Of a stretch of 64,000 bases of DNA, positions 38,128 through 49,027 are shown one piece after another. The translations under genes were made by a program, and so were the position numbers. Each line of letters opens with the position of its first letter. Position 1 is the first letter of the stretch. The notes under the pieces are model-generated. The model saw only the letters and a program-made list of their open reading frames with translations. It did not search any database and had not been told where the DNA came from. The DNA is taken from positions 10,217-74,216 of the forward strand of contig CAMBUO010000005.1 in assembly GCA_945871105.1 (NCBI GenBank), given 5' to 3'. Source of the DNA: an uncultured Clostridia bacterium (GTDB taxonomy: Bacteria > Bacillota_I > Bacilli_A > RF39 > UBA660).

Positions 38128-39405
38128 ATGGAAGAGAATAAAAAAGTAAAAAAAAGAAAAAAGAAAAAGATAATTAAAGCACCTAAAGTTCAAACTATTT
38201 TTTGTTTAATTAGTTTATTATTTGTACTTGGTTGTTGCTTTTATTATGGAAGTCGTCTTATTAAATATTATAAAATTTATAATCCTAAGTCTGAAAGTGG
38301 AGAAACTTTAGTTAATTTAGCATCTTCTATTATAACTGGTTCTAGTATTGTTTATGAAGGGGATGGTCTTTATATAAGTAGTGGTAATTATTTATATAAG
38401 GGATCTGATGTTAATAATTATATTTTGGTTGATAATATGTTATTTCGAATTATTCGTATTAATGCTGATAAAACAATGGAAATTATTTTAGATGATTATA
38501 TTAATAAAAAAGAATGGGATACGGATATTAAAGATTTTTCGGAATCTAGTCTTTCTAAGTATTTAGAAGATAAATTTTTAAATATTATTGATAAAGATTT
38601 ATTAGTTAAATCTAGTGTTTGTACGGATACTATTCCTGAATTAAGTGAAGTAACTTGTGAAAAAACTTCTAATGATACTTATGTTAAATTATTAGGTATT
38701 AGTGATTTTTTAAATAGTATTAGTGATGATAAAACGTATTTAATTAAAGATAAAGAATATTTATGGCTTACTAATCATGGTAAAACTAATGTATGGCATA
38801 CTAGTGGAATTAGTGTTGCTAATAGTAGTCCTACTAAAATGTATGGAGTTAAACCAGTTCTTACTTTAAAAAATTCAACAGTTTTATTAAGTGGTGATGG
38901 AACAAAGGATAACCCTTATCAAATACAAGAGAATAAACAAGCTATTAAAGTTGGTACTTATTTAGATATTAATGATGAAATTTATATTGTTTATGATATA
39001 GGTGATAATTACTATAAAGTAGAAAGTGATAAAGTTTTAAAAAATATTATTTTTGATAAAACTAGTAATGAATATAGTAATTCTTCTTTAAAAAAATATT
39101 TAGATAATTATGTAGAAAGTTTAGGTATAGATAAGTTATTAGTTGATGTTTCTTTTCAAGATAATACTAGTAAAATAGGTCTTTTATCTCTTGATGATTT
39201 TAAATTTAATGATAGTTTAAAAAATTATTATTTAAGTGATACTAAAGATAAAGAAGTATATTTATATAATGGTAGTTTATTAACTAGTAAGGTTGATGTT
39301 TCAAGAAATGTTCGTTTTGGTTTAGGAATAACAAAAGATTTAAAGATTATAAGTGGAAATGGTAGTAAAATAGCACCATATATTGTGGAGGGTAAAGATG
39401 CGTAA
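38128..39405 (+). CDS. Membrane-anchored surface protein, paralog of 35276..37108
   Basis: A basic N-terminus and one TM segment lead into a module ending YLWLTNHGKTNVWHT...GVKPVLTLKNSTVLLSGDGTKDNPYQI. A second, degenerate module follows. Confidence 0.65.
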   Translation: MEENKKVKKRKKKKIIKAPKVQTIFCLISLLFVLGCCFYYGSRLIKYYKIYNPKSESGETLVNLASSIITGSSIVYEGDGLYISSGNYLYKGSDVNNYILVDNMLFRIIRINADKTMEIILDDYINKKEWDTDIKDFSESSLSKYLEDKFLNIIDKDLLVKSSVCTDTIPELSEVTCEKTSNDTYVKLLGISDFLNSISDDKTYLIKDKEYLWLTNHGKTNVWHTSGISVANSSPTKMYGVKPVLTLKNSTVLLSGDGTKDNPYQIQENKQAIKVGTYLDINDEIYIVYDIGDNYYKVESDKVLKNIIFDKTSNEYSNSSLKKYLDNYVESLGIDKLLVDVSFQDNTSKIGLLSLDDFKFNDSLKNYYLSDTKDKEVYLYNGSLLTSKVDVSRNVRFGLGITKDLKIISGNGSKIAPYIVEGKDA

Positions 39406-40411
39406 GACAACGATTTTATTTATTATAATTGATTTATGTGCTATTAGTTGTTTTGTATTGTTTTATGGACCTTTTGAAAAGTTTCGAAATATAATTGTTA
39501 ATACTGCTATGGTAACTAAATCTCATCAATATATTGCTTATACTTTTTATAGTGAAGATACTGTTCAAAAGATTATGGATTTAAATAAATTCATTCCTGT
39601 TTCAGAAAAAATTGATTTAAATGATATTGTTATTAATACAGGGGAAAAAGATACTTATGATAATGAATATGATGAAGCTATTTTAAAAAGAGATAATAAG
39701 GATGATAGTTATAAATATTTAAATATTAAAGTAGGTAAATATAATGCTCATTTAGTTGCTATTTATGAACCAGAAAAAGTTAGATTAATTACTAGTAAGA
39801 CTTTTAATACCGGATCAGGTCAAGAAACAGTTCCAAAGATGTGTAGCCGTTATGGTGGGGTTGTTTGTATTAATGGTGGAGGTTTTAAAGATTTAGATGG
39901 TTGGGGTAGTGATACACCAATTGGTTATGTTATTAAAGATGGTAAAGTAATTTGGGCTGAAGATAATTCTAAACAAGATATTATTGGTATTACGAATGAT
40001 AATAAACTATTGCTTATCAATGCAACAGGGGAAGAAGCTATTGAGATGGGGATGCGTGATGGTGTGCAATTTGGACCATTCTTAATTGTTAATGGTGAAA
40101 GTATAAAATATAATTCTTCTGTTGGTGGTTATGATAGGGCTGCTCGTGTTGCTATTGCTCAAAGAAAAGATGGCGTAATTCTATTCTTAGCAACTGAAGG
40201 AACTCATGGAAGTGGACCAACTATGAAAGAAGTAGTTGAAACTTTAGAATTATATGGGGCTTATAATGCAGCTAATCTTGATGGTGGTACTTCTAGTCAA
40301 ATGGTAATTGAAGGAAAACTTGTAAACAATCCTAAAAACGTCTTTGGCCAAAGTGTTAGTGGTGGAAGACGAGTAGTTACCGGATTTGCTTTAATTCCTG
40401 ATGCTGAATAA
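39398..40411 (+). CDS. Phosphodiester glycosidase (DUF2233) family protein, membrane-anchored
   Basis: VCINGGGF, GPFLIVNG, AIAQRKDG and NLDGGTSSQM are present. A GGAGGG RBS precedes the ATG at 39398, which overlaps the upstream stop codon. Confidence 0.7.
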   Translation: MRKTTILFIIIDLCAISCFVLFYGPFEKFRNIIVNTAMVTKSHQYIAYTFYSEDTVQKIMDLNKFIPVSEKIDLNDIVINTGEKDTYDNEYDEAILKRDNKDDSYKYLNIKVGKYNAHLVAIYEPEKVRLITSKTFNTGSGQETVPKMCSRYGGVVCINGGGFKDLDGWGSDTPIGYVIKDGKVIWAEDNSKQDIIGITNDNKLLLINATGEEAIEMGMRDGVQFGPFLIVNGESIKYNSSVGGYDRAARVAIAQRKDGVILFLATEGTHGSGPTMKEVVETLELYGAYNAANLDGGTSSQMVIEGKLVNNPKNVFGQSVSGGRRVVTGFALIPDAE

Positions 40412-40737
40412 ATAATCAAATAGAATGATAATATATTTTTAAGAGACTTGTCTTATGATGAGACTCTTTTTTTTACACTATTTTATTAAAGTAATCTTGT
40501 AAAATTATTAATCCAAAAGTTATAAAGTAATTATTTGTAAAATTATTTGATATTATAATTATTTTTTCAAAAAATTTCATTTTTATTACATTTTCTATTT
40601 CATTTTTTAAATTTAATGGTATACTTATCATTGAAAGAACTCCTTTTTATTTTATTTGTTTATTGGTATTATACCACGAGTTCTTTCATTTTTTTATTTT
40701 CCGAAACTTTTTTACTCTATCCATTGCCATATATAAT

Positions 40738-40766
40738 TTGACAAAAGCTCTAAAATATGGTATAAT
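40738..40766 (+). promoter_or_regulatory. Sigma-A-type promoter
   Basis: TTGACA, a 17-nt spacer ending in TGG, then TATAAT. It lies 32 nt upstream of the ATG at 40798. Confidence 0.55.
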
Positions 40767-40797
40767 CTCCAGGACATATAAAAAGGGGGAATTTTGT

Positions 40798-42618
40798 ATG
40801 AATAGATTGTATGGGGAGTTAAGGGATAGATTTATTAGTGAAAAGATAAGTCCATTAACTTATAATATTCATTTCTTTCGTGAATATATAAAAAAATTTA
40901 CAGAAGCGGAAACTTATCAAATTCTAAATTATAGTTCACGTGACTTTAAAGATTATGTTAAATTTATTGATACTTTAGATAAACAACAAAAATTAAGACA
41001 TAATGAAGAAGTAGTAAGTCAAATATCTAATATTATTTTTAATAGTACAAGGGGAGACTATAATGGTTTGAAAAAAATAGTTTTAGAAACTAATATTATT
41101 AATAATCCTGATGTAATTGAATTTGCTAATATATTTATTAATATAGATAATCCTTCTAAAACTAAAGTAATTAAAAATATAATTTTAAATAATGAATTAT
41201 ATGATTATCAAAGAGGATCTTTATTGAATTTAATTACTTATGTTCAATATACAAAAAAAGATAAGCAATTAGCAGCTTTAGAAGATTTATTAAATATACC
41301 ATCTATTACTTCGCATTCATATTTTAATAAATTTGTTAATATTATTTTAAAAAATCCTAATAATAGATATTTAGATGATATTCCAGAAATGTTAGAAAAT
41401 AGTACTTTGTATTTTCATAAAGATATTTTACATTTTGTTAATGCTGTTCTTGATTTAAAAAATGATAATCAAGAAGTATTATTTCTTAATATTTTAAATA
41501 ATAATACTATGTTAAATAGTAGCGTTATTTATAAAACAATTGATTTTGTTTTAAATCCAAATAATGATTATAAGTTAAAATATTTAAATTATTTAGTTAA
41601 TAATAAAAGTTTTATTAGTGATTCACGTTTTAGTAAGTTATTAGATTTATATAATGAAATAGATGAAGAATATAAAGTTCGTGCTTTAACTGATATTATT
41701 CGTGGTAAAAAGGGTATGGATATTCCTAATTTAGAAAATCAAATAACTTTAAATAGTTATGAATTTGATTTAATAACTGATACTATAAAAAAATGTAAAA
41801 AGGAATTTCAGATTGAGGAACTTATGATAATAGTTAATAGTGTTGATAATGTAACTTTAGATAATCCTCATATATTAGCTTTCTTTGAAGGAATAGTTAA
41901 TTCCAAATATGATTATCAAGCTATAGCTATTAGAAAAATAATAAAGGATACAAAAGAAAGTGATATTTTATACTATAATTTCTTAGAAAATAATCCTTTA
42001 CAACTTAATATAACTTTTGCTGATATGTTTTTCTTAAATCATCTATATGATGTTATAAATTTAATTAATAATACTCAAAATAAAGATGTTTGTATCAGTC
42101 TTAATAGTATTTTAAAAGTACCAGGATTATTAATAAGAAGAGATTGTATGGATATTTTAAATAAATATGCTAAGTTAAAAAAACGTCCTCAAATGATAAC
42201 TTTTTATCATATATTATATAAATTAGGATTCTTAAATCAAAATAATTTTGAAGTTTTAGATTATGTAAAAGAAGCTGATGATCTTCAAGCTGAAGCTATT
42301 GATATAGTGATGGATAAAACTAATCTTTATCAAGATGAAAAAGGAGTTAAATTAATTAAATATTTGTTAAAAAGTCATGATCGTAAAATAATTAATTTTA
42401 TAACAACTATTTTATTAAGAGCTAATATTTTAGGATATGAAAAAGCAGAAGAATTTATTAAATTAGTTATAGATAATCCTAAAGATATAGATAATATTAT
42501 TCAAACTAACTTAGAAAGTGGAGTATTTTCTCTTCGTTTAGTTAATACTTATAATCAATTAGATGAATCTAATGAAAGATTAATAGATAAAGCTGTTAAA
42601 GTTTTAAAAAGGAAATAG
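40798..42618 (+). CDS. Large hypothetical protein (Asn/Ile/Leu-rich, repetitive)
   Basis: An AAAGGGGGA RBS precedes the ATG at 40798. The upstream part of the track ORF covers the promoter. No catalytic motif was recognised. Confidence 0.5.
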   Translation: MNRLYGELRDRFISEKISPLTYNIHFFREYIKKFTEAETYQILNYSSRDFKDYVKFIDTLDKQQKLRHNEEVVSQISNIIFNSTRGDYNGLKKIVLETNIINNPDVIEFANIFINIDNPSKTKVIKNIILNNELYDYQRGSLLNLITYVQYTKKDKQLAALEDLLNIPSITSHSYFNKFVNIILKNPNNRYLDDIPEMLENSTLYFHKDILHFVNAVLDLKNDNQEVLFLNILNNNTMLNSSVIYKTIDFVLNPNNDYKLKYLNYLVNNKSFISDSRFSKLLDLYNEIDEEYKVRALTDIIRGKKGMDIPNLENQITLNSYEFDLITDTIKKCKKEFQIEELMIIVNSVDNVTLDNPHILAFFEGIVNSKYDYQAIAIRKIIKDTKESDILYYNFLENNPLQLNITFADMFFLNHLYDVINLINNTQNKDVCISLNSILKVPGLLIRRDCMDILNKYAKLKKRPQMITFYHILYKLGFLNQNNFEVLDYVKEADDLQAEAIDIVMDKTNLYQDEKGVKLIKYLLKSHDRKIINFITTILLRANILGYEKAEEFIKLVIDNPKDIDNIIQTNLESGVFSLRLVNTYNQLDESNERLIDKAVKVLKRK

Positions 42619-42674
42619 AAATATTTCTTTTTTTTTAATTATTTGTTATAATAACAAAGTTATTGGGAGGAAGT

Positions 42675-45600
42675 ATGATTAGAAGTTTATCTTATGAAGA
42701 TATATATTATGAAATAAGAAAAAATGTTTCTTATGAAGATTTTTATAAAGGAAGAAATTATTTTTCACCTTATATTGAATATTTAGGATCAAAAGAAGTT
42801 GATCGAAATATTCTCCATGAATTTAAAGTAGAATCTGAAAGAACAACCAAAAAATATGATTGCTCAGCTTTAATGAATAGAAAGGGACATATTGTTAGTT
42901 TAAAATGTAGTTGTCCACAATTTAAAAATTATGATAGTTGTAAACATATAGCGGCTTGTTTACTTGAATATGCTGATGATATATTTCAAATAATATTAGA
43001 AGATGCTGATATTGAAGAAATAACTACATCTTTATTTAATGAAAATAAACTAGATTTAGGTAATATTAAAAAAGAGATTAAATTAAATGTTTTAATTGAT
43101 ACTGATTCTAATAACTTTGGTTTTGAAATAGGTTTAGATAAATTATATAAATGTACAGGTTCTAAACTTAATAATTTTTTAGATAGTTATAATAATAATC
43201 AAGAATATATTTTTGGTAAAAATTATACTTTTAATTTAAAAGAACAATATTTTAAAGAAGAAGATAACAAGATAATTGAATATTTTAATACTATAAAAGA
43301 TATTAATTCTTTACGTAATAGATCGATTATTAATCCATTAATTGATATGTGTAATACAAATAATCTTCGTGTAAATGGTTATAAAATTAATAAAATAGAA
43401 ATAGGTTTTCCTTTAAAAACTTCTTTAAAAGAAGAAAATGGTAAATATGTTTTAAAATTAGATAATATAGAAAATATTAATTTTTTAAATAATGATTATG
43501 TTCAAGATAGAAATATATTATATAAATTAGATAATAAAAGTAAAAAATTAATTGATTCTATTCAAAGTAATAATTTATCTAAACTTATATTTGCTAAAAA
43601 AGATTTAGATAAATTTAGTAATTCGATTTTACCTATTATTAAAAAAGAAATAGAAGTTGATAATAGTATTAAAGATTTAGTTATTAGTAAAGAACCTACA
43701 ACAAGATTATATTTTGATATTTACAGGGATAAGATTATTTGTAATTTAAAATTTGTTTATGATTCCTTAGAAATAGAATATGGTAAAAGTGATAATAATG
43801 TTTTAAGAGATAGGGAATATGAACAAAAAGTTATTCAAGATTTAATTAAAAATCATTTTGTAATAGGAGAAACGATTTATTTAGTTGATTTAGAAGATAT
43901 GGTTAATTTCTTAGAAGAGGGATTAACTGAATTATCGAAAAAATATGAAGTTTATACTTCAGAAAAATTAAAAGGTATGAAAGTTATTAATAAAACAAGT
44001 GTTACTAGTACTTTTTCAATTGGTCAAGATAATATCATGAGTTATAATTTTAGTTTAGATAATATTAAAGATTCGGAAATAGTTAATATTTTAAGTTCTC
44101 TTAAGAAAAATAAAAAATATTTTAAATTAAAGTCTGGAGATATTATTAATTTAGAAGATGATAATTTACAAGAATTAAAGCATTTAAGTGAGGATTTAAA
44201 CTTAGAAGATTTTAAAGGAGAAATACCAAAATATCAAGCTATTTATTTAGATAGTTTAAAAAAAGATTATCATATTATTAAAACTAATAATTTATTTGAT
44301 GAATTAATTACTAAGTTTAATGCTTATAAAGATAGTAAACTTCATTTAAATAAGGATGATCAAAGTATTTTAAGAAATTATCAAGTTGATGGAGTTAAAT
44401 GGCTTTATAATATTCAAAAAACAGGATTTGGAGGAGTCTTAGCTGATGAAATGGGTCTTGGTAAATCTTTACAAACAATTTGTTTCTTTAAAGAGTTATT
44501 AAAAGAAGATAAGAATGCTAAATTTTTAATTGTGGCTCCAACTTCTTTAGTTTATAATTGGGAACAAGAATTTATGAAATTTGCTCCTAATTTAAAATAT
44601 CAAGTTTTAGTTGGAACTAAAATAAAAAGAGAAGAATTAAAAAATCATTTAGAAGATACTAATATTTATATTACTTCTTATGGTTTATTAAGAGAAGATA
44701 AAGATTTTTATTTAGATAATTTCTTTAAAGTTATGGTTATTGATGAAGCTCAAAATATTAAAAATAATCAAGCTGGAATTACAAAAGTAGTTAAAAGTAT
44801 TAAAGCTGAAACAAAGATTGCTTTAACAGGAACACCAATTGAAAATTCTATATCGGAATTATGGAGTATTTTTGATTATATCATGCCAGGATTTTTAAAT
44901 AATCAAAAGAATTTTGAAAGTCGTTATAAAATTACGGATTTTGACCAAGATGGAGAGAAATTAGATGTTTTAGCTAAATTAATTAATCCTTTTATTTTAA
45001 GAAGAAAGAAAAAAGATGTTATTTTAGATTTACCAGATAAAATTGAAAATAATATTTATGTTGATTTAACTGATGAACAAAAGAAAATATATGTTGCTGA
45101 ATTAGAAAGAGTTAATAAAGAAATGGAAGAAATAATGGCAAGTGAAGGTATTGAAAAAGCTCGTTTTATGATTTTACAATTATTAACTAAGTTAAGACAG
45201 ATTTGTATTAGTCCAAGTATTATATATAATAATTATGAAGGTGGATCAGCTAAATTAGAGGAATTTGTTAAAGTTATTAAAGAAAGTACTGATAATGGTC
45301 ATAAAGTTTTAGTTTTTACTAGTTTTAAAACGGCTTTAGAATTAGCAAGAAATAAATTAAAGGAAGAAGGAATTACTTCTTATGTTATTGATGGCTCTGT
45401 TAGTGCTAAAAAAAGAATGGAATTAGTTAATGATTTTAATAATAATGATACAAATGTTTTCTTCTTGATGTTAAAATCTGGTGGAACTGGTTTAAATTTA
45501 ACGGCAGCAGATGTGGTAATTCACTTGGATTTATGGTGGAATCCTCAGGCAGAGAATCAAGCAACGGATAGAGCACATCGAATTGGCCAAAAAAATGTTG

Positions 45601-45782
45601 TACAAGTTATTAAAATTATAACCAAAGGAACAATTGAAGAAAAGATTTTAGAATTACAAGAAAAGAAAAAGATTTTAAGTGATAAATTAATAGATGCAAA
45701 TACGGGAAATAATTCTTTCTCTAAATTAACAGAAAAGGATATTAAAAATTTATTATCATTTGAAAATAGTGACTTAGCTTAA
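42675..45782 (+). CDS. SNF2-family helicase with an N-terminal SWIM zinc finger
   Basis: The SWIM motif is CSCPQFKNYDSCKHIAA. Helicase motifs are LADEMGLGKS, DEAQNIKN, TGTPIEN and QATDRAHRIGQ. A GGGAGG RBS precedes the ATG at 42675. Confidence 0.85.
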   Translation: MIRSLSYEDIYYEIRKNVSYEDFYKGRNYFSPYIEYLGSKEVDRNILHEFKVESERTTKKYDCSALMNRKGHIVSLKCSCPQFKNYDSCKHIAACLLEYADDIFQIILEDADIEEITTSLFNENKLDLGNIKKEIKLNVLIDTDSNNFGFEIGLDKLYKCTGSKLNNFLDSYNNNQEYIFGKNYTFNLKEQYFKEEDNKIIEYFNTIKDINSLRNRSIINPLIDMCNTNNLRVNGYKINKIEIGFPLKTSLKEENGKYVLKLDNIENINFLNNDYVQDRNILYKLDNKSKKLIDSIQSNNLSKLIFAKKDLDKFSNSILPIIKKEIEVDNSIKDLVISKEPTTRLYFDIYRDKIICNLKFVYDSLEIEYGKSDNNVLRDREYEQKVIQDLIKNHFVIGETIYLVDLEDMVNFLEEGLTELSKKYEVYTSEKLKGMKVINKTSVTSTFSIGQDNIMSYNFSLDNIKDSEIVNILSSLKKNKKYFKLKSGDIINLEDDNLQELKHLSEDLNLEDFKGEIPKYQAIYLDSLKKDYHIIKTNNLFDELITKFNAYKDSKLHLNKDDQSILRNYQVDGVKWLYNIQKTGFGGVLADEMGLGKSLQTICFFKELLKEDKNAKFLIVAPTSLVYNWEQEFMKFAPNLKYQVLVGTKIKREELKNHLEDTNIYITSYGLLREDKDFYLDNFFKVMVIDEAQNIKNNQAGITKVVKSIKAETKIALTGTPIENSISELWSIFDYIMPGFLNNQKNFESRYKITDFDQDGEKLDVLAKLINPFILRRKKKDVILDLPDKIENNIYVDLTDEQKKIYVAELERVNKEMEEIMASEGIEKARFMILQLLTKLRQICISPSIIYNNYEGGSAKLEEFVKVIKESTDNGHKVLVFTSFKTALELARNKLKEEGITSYVIDGSVSAKKRMELVNDFNNNDTNVFFLMLKSGGTGLNLTAADVVIHLDLWWNPQAENQATDRAHRIGQKNVVQVIKIITKGTIEEKILELQEKKKILSDKLIDANTGNNSFSKLTEKDIKNLLSFENSDLA

Positions 45783-45934
45783 TTTTTCTGTAAAAATTCA
45801 AAAAATTATTGACAAAGAAAAGCGAATATTGTATAGTATTCATGTTTGTGAAATTGGGGCTTATTATGGGTAAGTCTTAATTTTGTAAGAATAAATGATA
45901 CACCAGGATATGTGTGTGTCAGGAAGGAGAAAAT

Positions 45935-46351
45935 ATGCCTACAATTAATCAATTAGTTAGAAAAGGTAGAGGTAAAAAAATTAGAAAACCTAAATCACCA
46001 GTATTGTTAGTTGGAATTAATACTATTCAAAAGAAACAAACGAAAATTAATGCGCCTCAAAAACGTGGTGTTTGTGTTCGTGTTGGTACTAAGACTCCAA
46101 AGAAACCTAACTCAGCTCTTCGTAAATATGCTCGTGTAAGATTATCTAATGGTATGGAAGTAACTTGTTATATTCCAGGTGAAGGACATAACTTACAAGA
46201 ACATAGCGTTGTATTAATACGTGGTGGACGTGTACCTGATTTAATTGGTGTTAGATATCATATTATTCGTGGAACTTTAGATACTGCTGGCGTTAAAGAC
46301 AGAAAACAAGGTCGTAGTAAATATGGTGCTAAACGTGAAAAGAAAAAATAA
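45935..46351 (+). CDS. rpsL: 30S ribosomal protein S12
   Basis: [11 protein letters not shown] and [11 protein letters not shown] are present. An AGGAAGGAG RBS is upstream. It is the first gene of the str operon. Confidence 0.95.
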   Translation: MPTINQLVRKGRGKKIRKPKSPVLLVGINTIQKKQTKINAPQKRGVCVRVGTKTPKKPNSALRKYARVRLSNGMEVTCYIPGEGHNLQEHSVVLIRGGRVPDLIGVRYHIIRGTLDTAGVKDRKQGRSKYGAKREKKK

Positions 46352-46380
46352 TAAATAATATTTGAAAGGAGGATAACAAT

Positions 46381-46848
46381 ATGCGTAAAAAACGTGCTGT
46401 TGTAAGAGATGTATTACCAGATCCTATATATAATTCAAAAGTTGTTACAAAATTAATTAATCGTATTATGCTTGATGGTAAAAAAGGTAAAGCTGAAAAG
46501 ATTTTATATGATGCTTTTGATATGATAAAGGAAAAAACAGGTGAAGAACCAGTTAAAGTTTTTGAAAAAGCTTTAGAAAATATTAAACCTCAACTAGAAG
46601 TTAAATCTCGTCGTGTTGGTGGTTCTAACTATCAAGTACCTATTGAAGTAAGTGAAAGAAGAAGTCAAACTTTAGGGTTACGTTGGTTAGTTAATTATGC
46701 TAGATTAAGAGGGGGAAACTCTATGGCTTTAAATCTAGCTAATGAAATTATTGATGCTTCCAATGGAACAGGTGGAGCAGTTAAAAAGAGAGAAGATACA
46801 CATAGAATGGCTGAAGCTAATAAGGCTTTTGCACATTATCGTTGGTAG
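46381..46848 (+). CDS. rpsG: 30S ribosomal protein S7
   Basis: The C-terminal [15 protein letters not shown] and the position after rpsL both fit S7. Confidence 0.95.
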   Translation: MRKKRAVVRDVLPDPIYNSKVVTKLINRIMLDGKKGKAEKILYDAFDMIKEKTGEEPVKVFEKALENIKPQLEVKSRRVGGSNYQVPIEVSERRSQTLGLRWLVNYARLRGGNSMALNLANEIIDASNGTGGAVKKREDTHRMAEANKAFAHYRW

Positions 46849-46862
46849 AAAGGAAATAAATT

Positions 46863-48932
46863 ATGGCTCGTGAAACATCATTATTGATGACAAGAAATAT
46901 TGGAATTATGGCACATATCGATGCAGGTAAAACTACTTGTACTGAACGTGTTTTATTCCATACAAAGAAAATCCATAAAATTGGTGAAACTCATGATGGT
47001 GAATCACAAATGGACTGGATGGCCCAAGAACAAGAACGTGGTATTACTATTACTAGTGCTGCTACTACTGCTTTTTGGAAAAAATATCGTTTAAATATTA
47101 TCGATACCCCAGGACACGTTGATTTTACTGTTGAAGTTAGTCGTAGTTTAAGAGTATTAGATGGAGCTGTTGCTTTAATTGATGCTCAAGCTGGTGTTGA
47201 ACCACAAACTGAAACTGTATGGCGTCAAGCTACAGAATTCATGGTTCCAAGACTTATATTTGCTAATAAAATGGATAAAATGGGGGCAGATTTTGTTTAT
47301 AGTTTAAAAACTATTGATAATCGTTTAGGAGTAAATGCTAAACCTATTGAATGGCCAATTGGAGCTGAATCAGAATTCCGTGGAGTAATTGATTTAGTTA
47401 CTATGAAAGCTTATGAATATGATGGAAAACCTGAAGAAGATGCTAAAGAAATTGAAATTCCTGCTGATTTAGTAGAAATTGCTAAAGAAAAACGTGAAGA
47501 ATTAATCGAAGCTGTTGCTGAATTTGATGATGATATGATGATGACTTACCTTGATGGTGGAGAAATCAGCATTGACATGATTAAAAAAGCAATTCGTAAA
47601 GGAACACTTGCAGTTAAATTCTTCCCAGTTTTATGTGGAACTGCTTTAGGAAATAAAGGTATTAAATTATTATTAGATGCTGTTATTGACTATTTACCAT
47701 CACCTTTAGATATTCCTTCAATTAAAGGAGTAACTTTAGATGGAGAAGAAACAGTAAGACATCCAAGTGATGATGAACCATTTAGTGCTTTAGCATTTAA
47801 AGTAATGACTGATCCATTCGTTGGACGTTTAACATTCTTTAGAGTTTATTCAGGTCATTTATCAAGCGGATCTTATGTTTTAAATTCAACTAAGGATGCT
47901 AAAGAAAGAATAGGTCGTATTTTACAAATGCATGCAAATCATCGTACTGAAATTACAGATGTTTATACTGGTGATATTGCAGCTGCTGTTGGATTAAAAA
48001 ATACAACAACTGGAGATACTTTATGTGATGAAAAGAAACCAGTTATTCTTGAACAAATGGAATTCCCAGAACCAGTTATTGAACTTGCTGTTGAACCTAA
48101 ATCAAAAGCTGATCAAGAAAAAATGGGAATTGCTTTACAAAAACTTGCTGAAGAAGATCCAACCTTCAAAGTACATACTAATCAAGAAACAGGTCAAACT
48201 GTTATAGCTGGTATGGGTGAACTTCACTTAGATGTTTTAGTTGATCGTATGAAAAGAGAATTCTCTGTTGAAGCTAATATTGGTAAACCTCAAGTTGCTT
48301 ATCGTGAAACAATTAAACAAATGGGTGAATGTGAAGGAAAATATATCAAACAATCAGGTGGACGTGGACAATATGGACATGTTTGGGTTCGTTTTGAACC
48401 AAATCCTGATAAAGGATATGAATTTGTTGATGAAATCGTTGGAGGTGTTGTACCTCGTGAATATATTCCAGTAGTTGATAAAGGTTTACAAGAAGCTTTA
48501 CAAACAGGTATTCTTGCTGGATATCCTATGATCGATGTAAAAGCAACTTTATTCGATGGATCTTATCATGAAGTTGACTCTAACGAAATGGCTTTCAAAA
48601 TTGCTGCTAGTTTTGCATTAAAGGAAGCTAAAAATAAATGTAAACCAGTTTTACTTGAACCAATTATGAAAGTTGATGTTACAGTACCAGATGAATATTT
48701 TGGTAATGTTATGGGTGATTTAACTTCAAGAAGAGGACGTCCTCTTGGTCAAGAAAATGTTGGTAATGCTATTAAACTAAGTGCAATGGTACCACTTGCT
48801 GAAATGTTTGGTTATGCAACTAGTTTAAGAAGTAACACTCAAGGTCGTGGAAACTTTATAATGCAATTTGATCATTATGAAGAAGTACCAACTAATATTG
48901 CCGCTGAAATTGTTAAAAAAAGTGGTAATTAA
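46863..48932 (+). CDS. fusA: Elongation factor G
   Basis: [17 protein letters not shown] and NKMD are present. The protein is 689 aa. Confidence 0.95.
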   Translation: MARETSLLMTRNIGIMAHIDAGKTTCTERVLFHTKKIHKIGETHDGESQMDWMAQEQERGITITSAATTAFWKKYRLNIIDTPGHVDFTVEVSRSLRVLDGAVALIDAQAGVEPQTETVWRQATEFMVPRLIFANKMDKMGADFVYSLKTIDNRLGVNAKPIEWPIGAESEFRGVIDLVTMKAYEYDGKPEEDAKEIEIPADLVEIAKEKREELIEAVAEFDDDMMMTYLDGGEISIDMIKKAIRKGTLAVKFFPVLCGTALGNKGIKLLLDAVIDYLPSPLDIPSIKGVTLDGEETVRHPSDDEPFSALAFKVMTDPFVGRLTFFRVYSGHLSSGSYVLNSTKDAKERIGRILQMHANHRTEITDVYTGDIAAAVGLKNTTTGDTLCDEKKPVILEQMEFPEPVIELAVEPKSKADQEKMGIALQKLAEEDPTFKVHTNQETGQTVIAGMGELHLDVLVDRMKREFSVEANIGKPQVAYRETIKQMGECEGKYIKQSGGRGQYGHVWVRFEPNPDKGYEFVDEIVGGVVPREYIPVVDKGLQEALQTGILAGYPMIDVKATLFDGSYHEVDSNEMAFKIAASFALKEAKNKCKPVLLEPIMKVDVTVPDEYFGNVMGDLTSRRGRPLGQENVGNAIKLSAMVPLAEMFGYATSLRSNTQGRGNFIMQFDHYEEVPTNIAAEIVKKSGN

Positions 48933-49027
48933 TTAAATGCTTTATTAAAAAAATAAAAAAAATAGTTGTATTTTATTAAATATTTGATAAAATATAATAG
49001 TAATCAAAAAAAAGGAGGAAATTTAAT

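Noticed and set aside
35276-40411. A complete diversity-generating retroelement within this window.
   Set aside because: No reverse-transcriptase-like ORF, Avd-like ORF or adenine-rich template copy of the islands could be found in any intergenic region here. Only the target-like features are reported, as a hypothesis.
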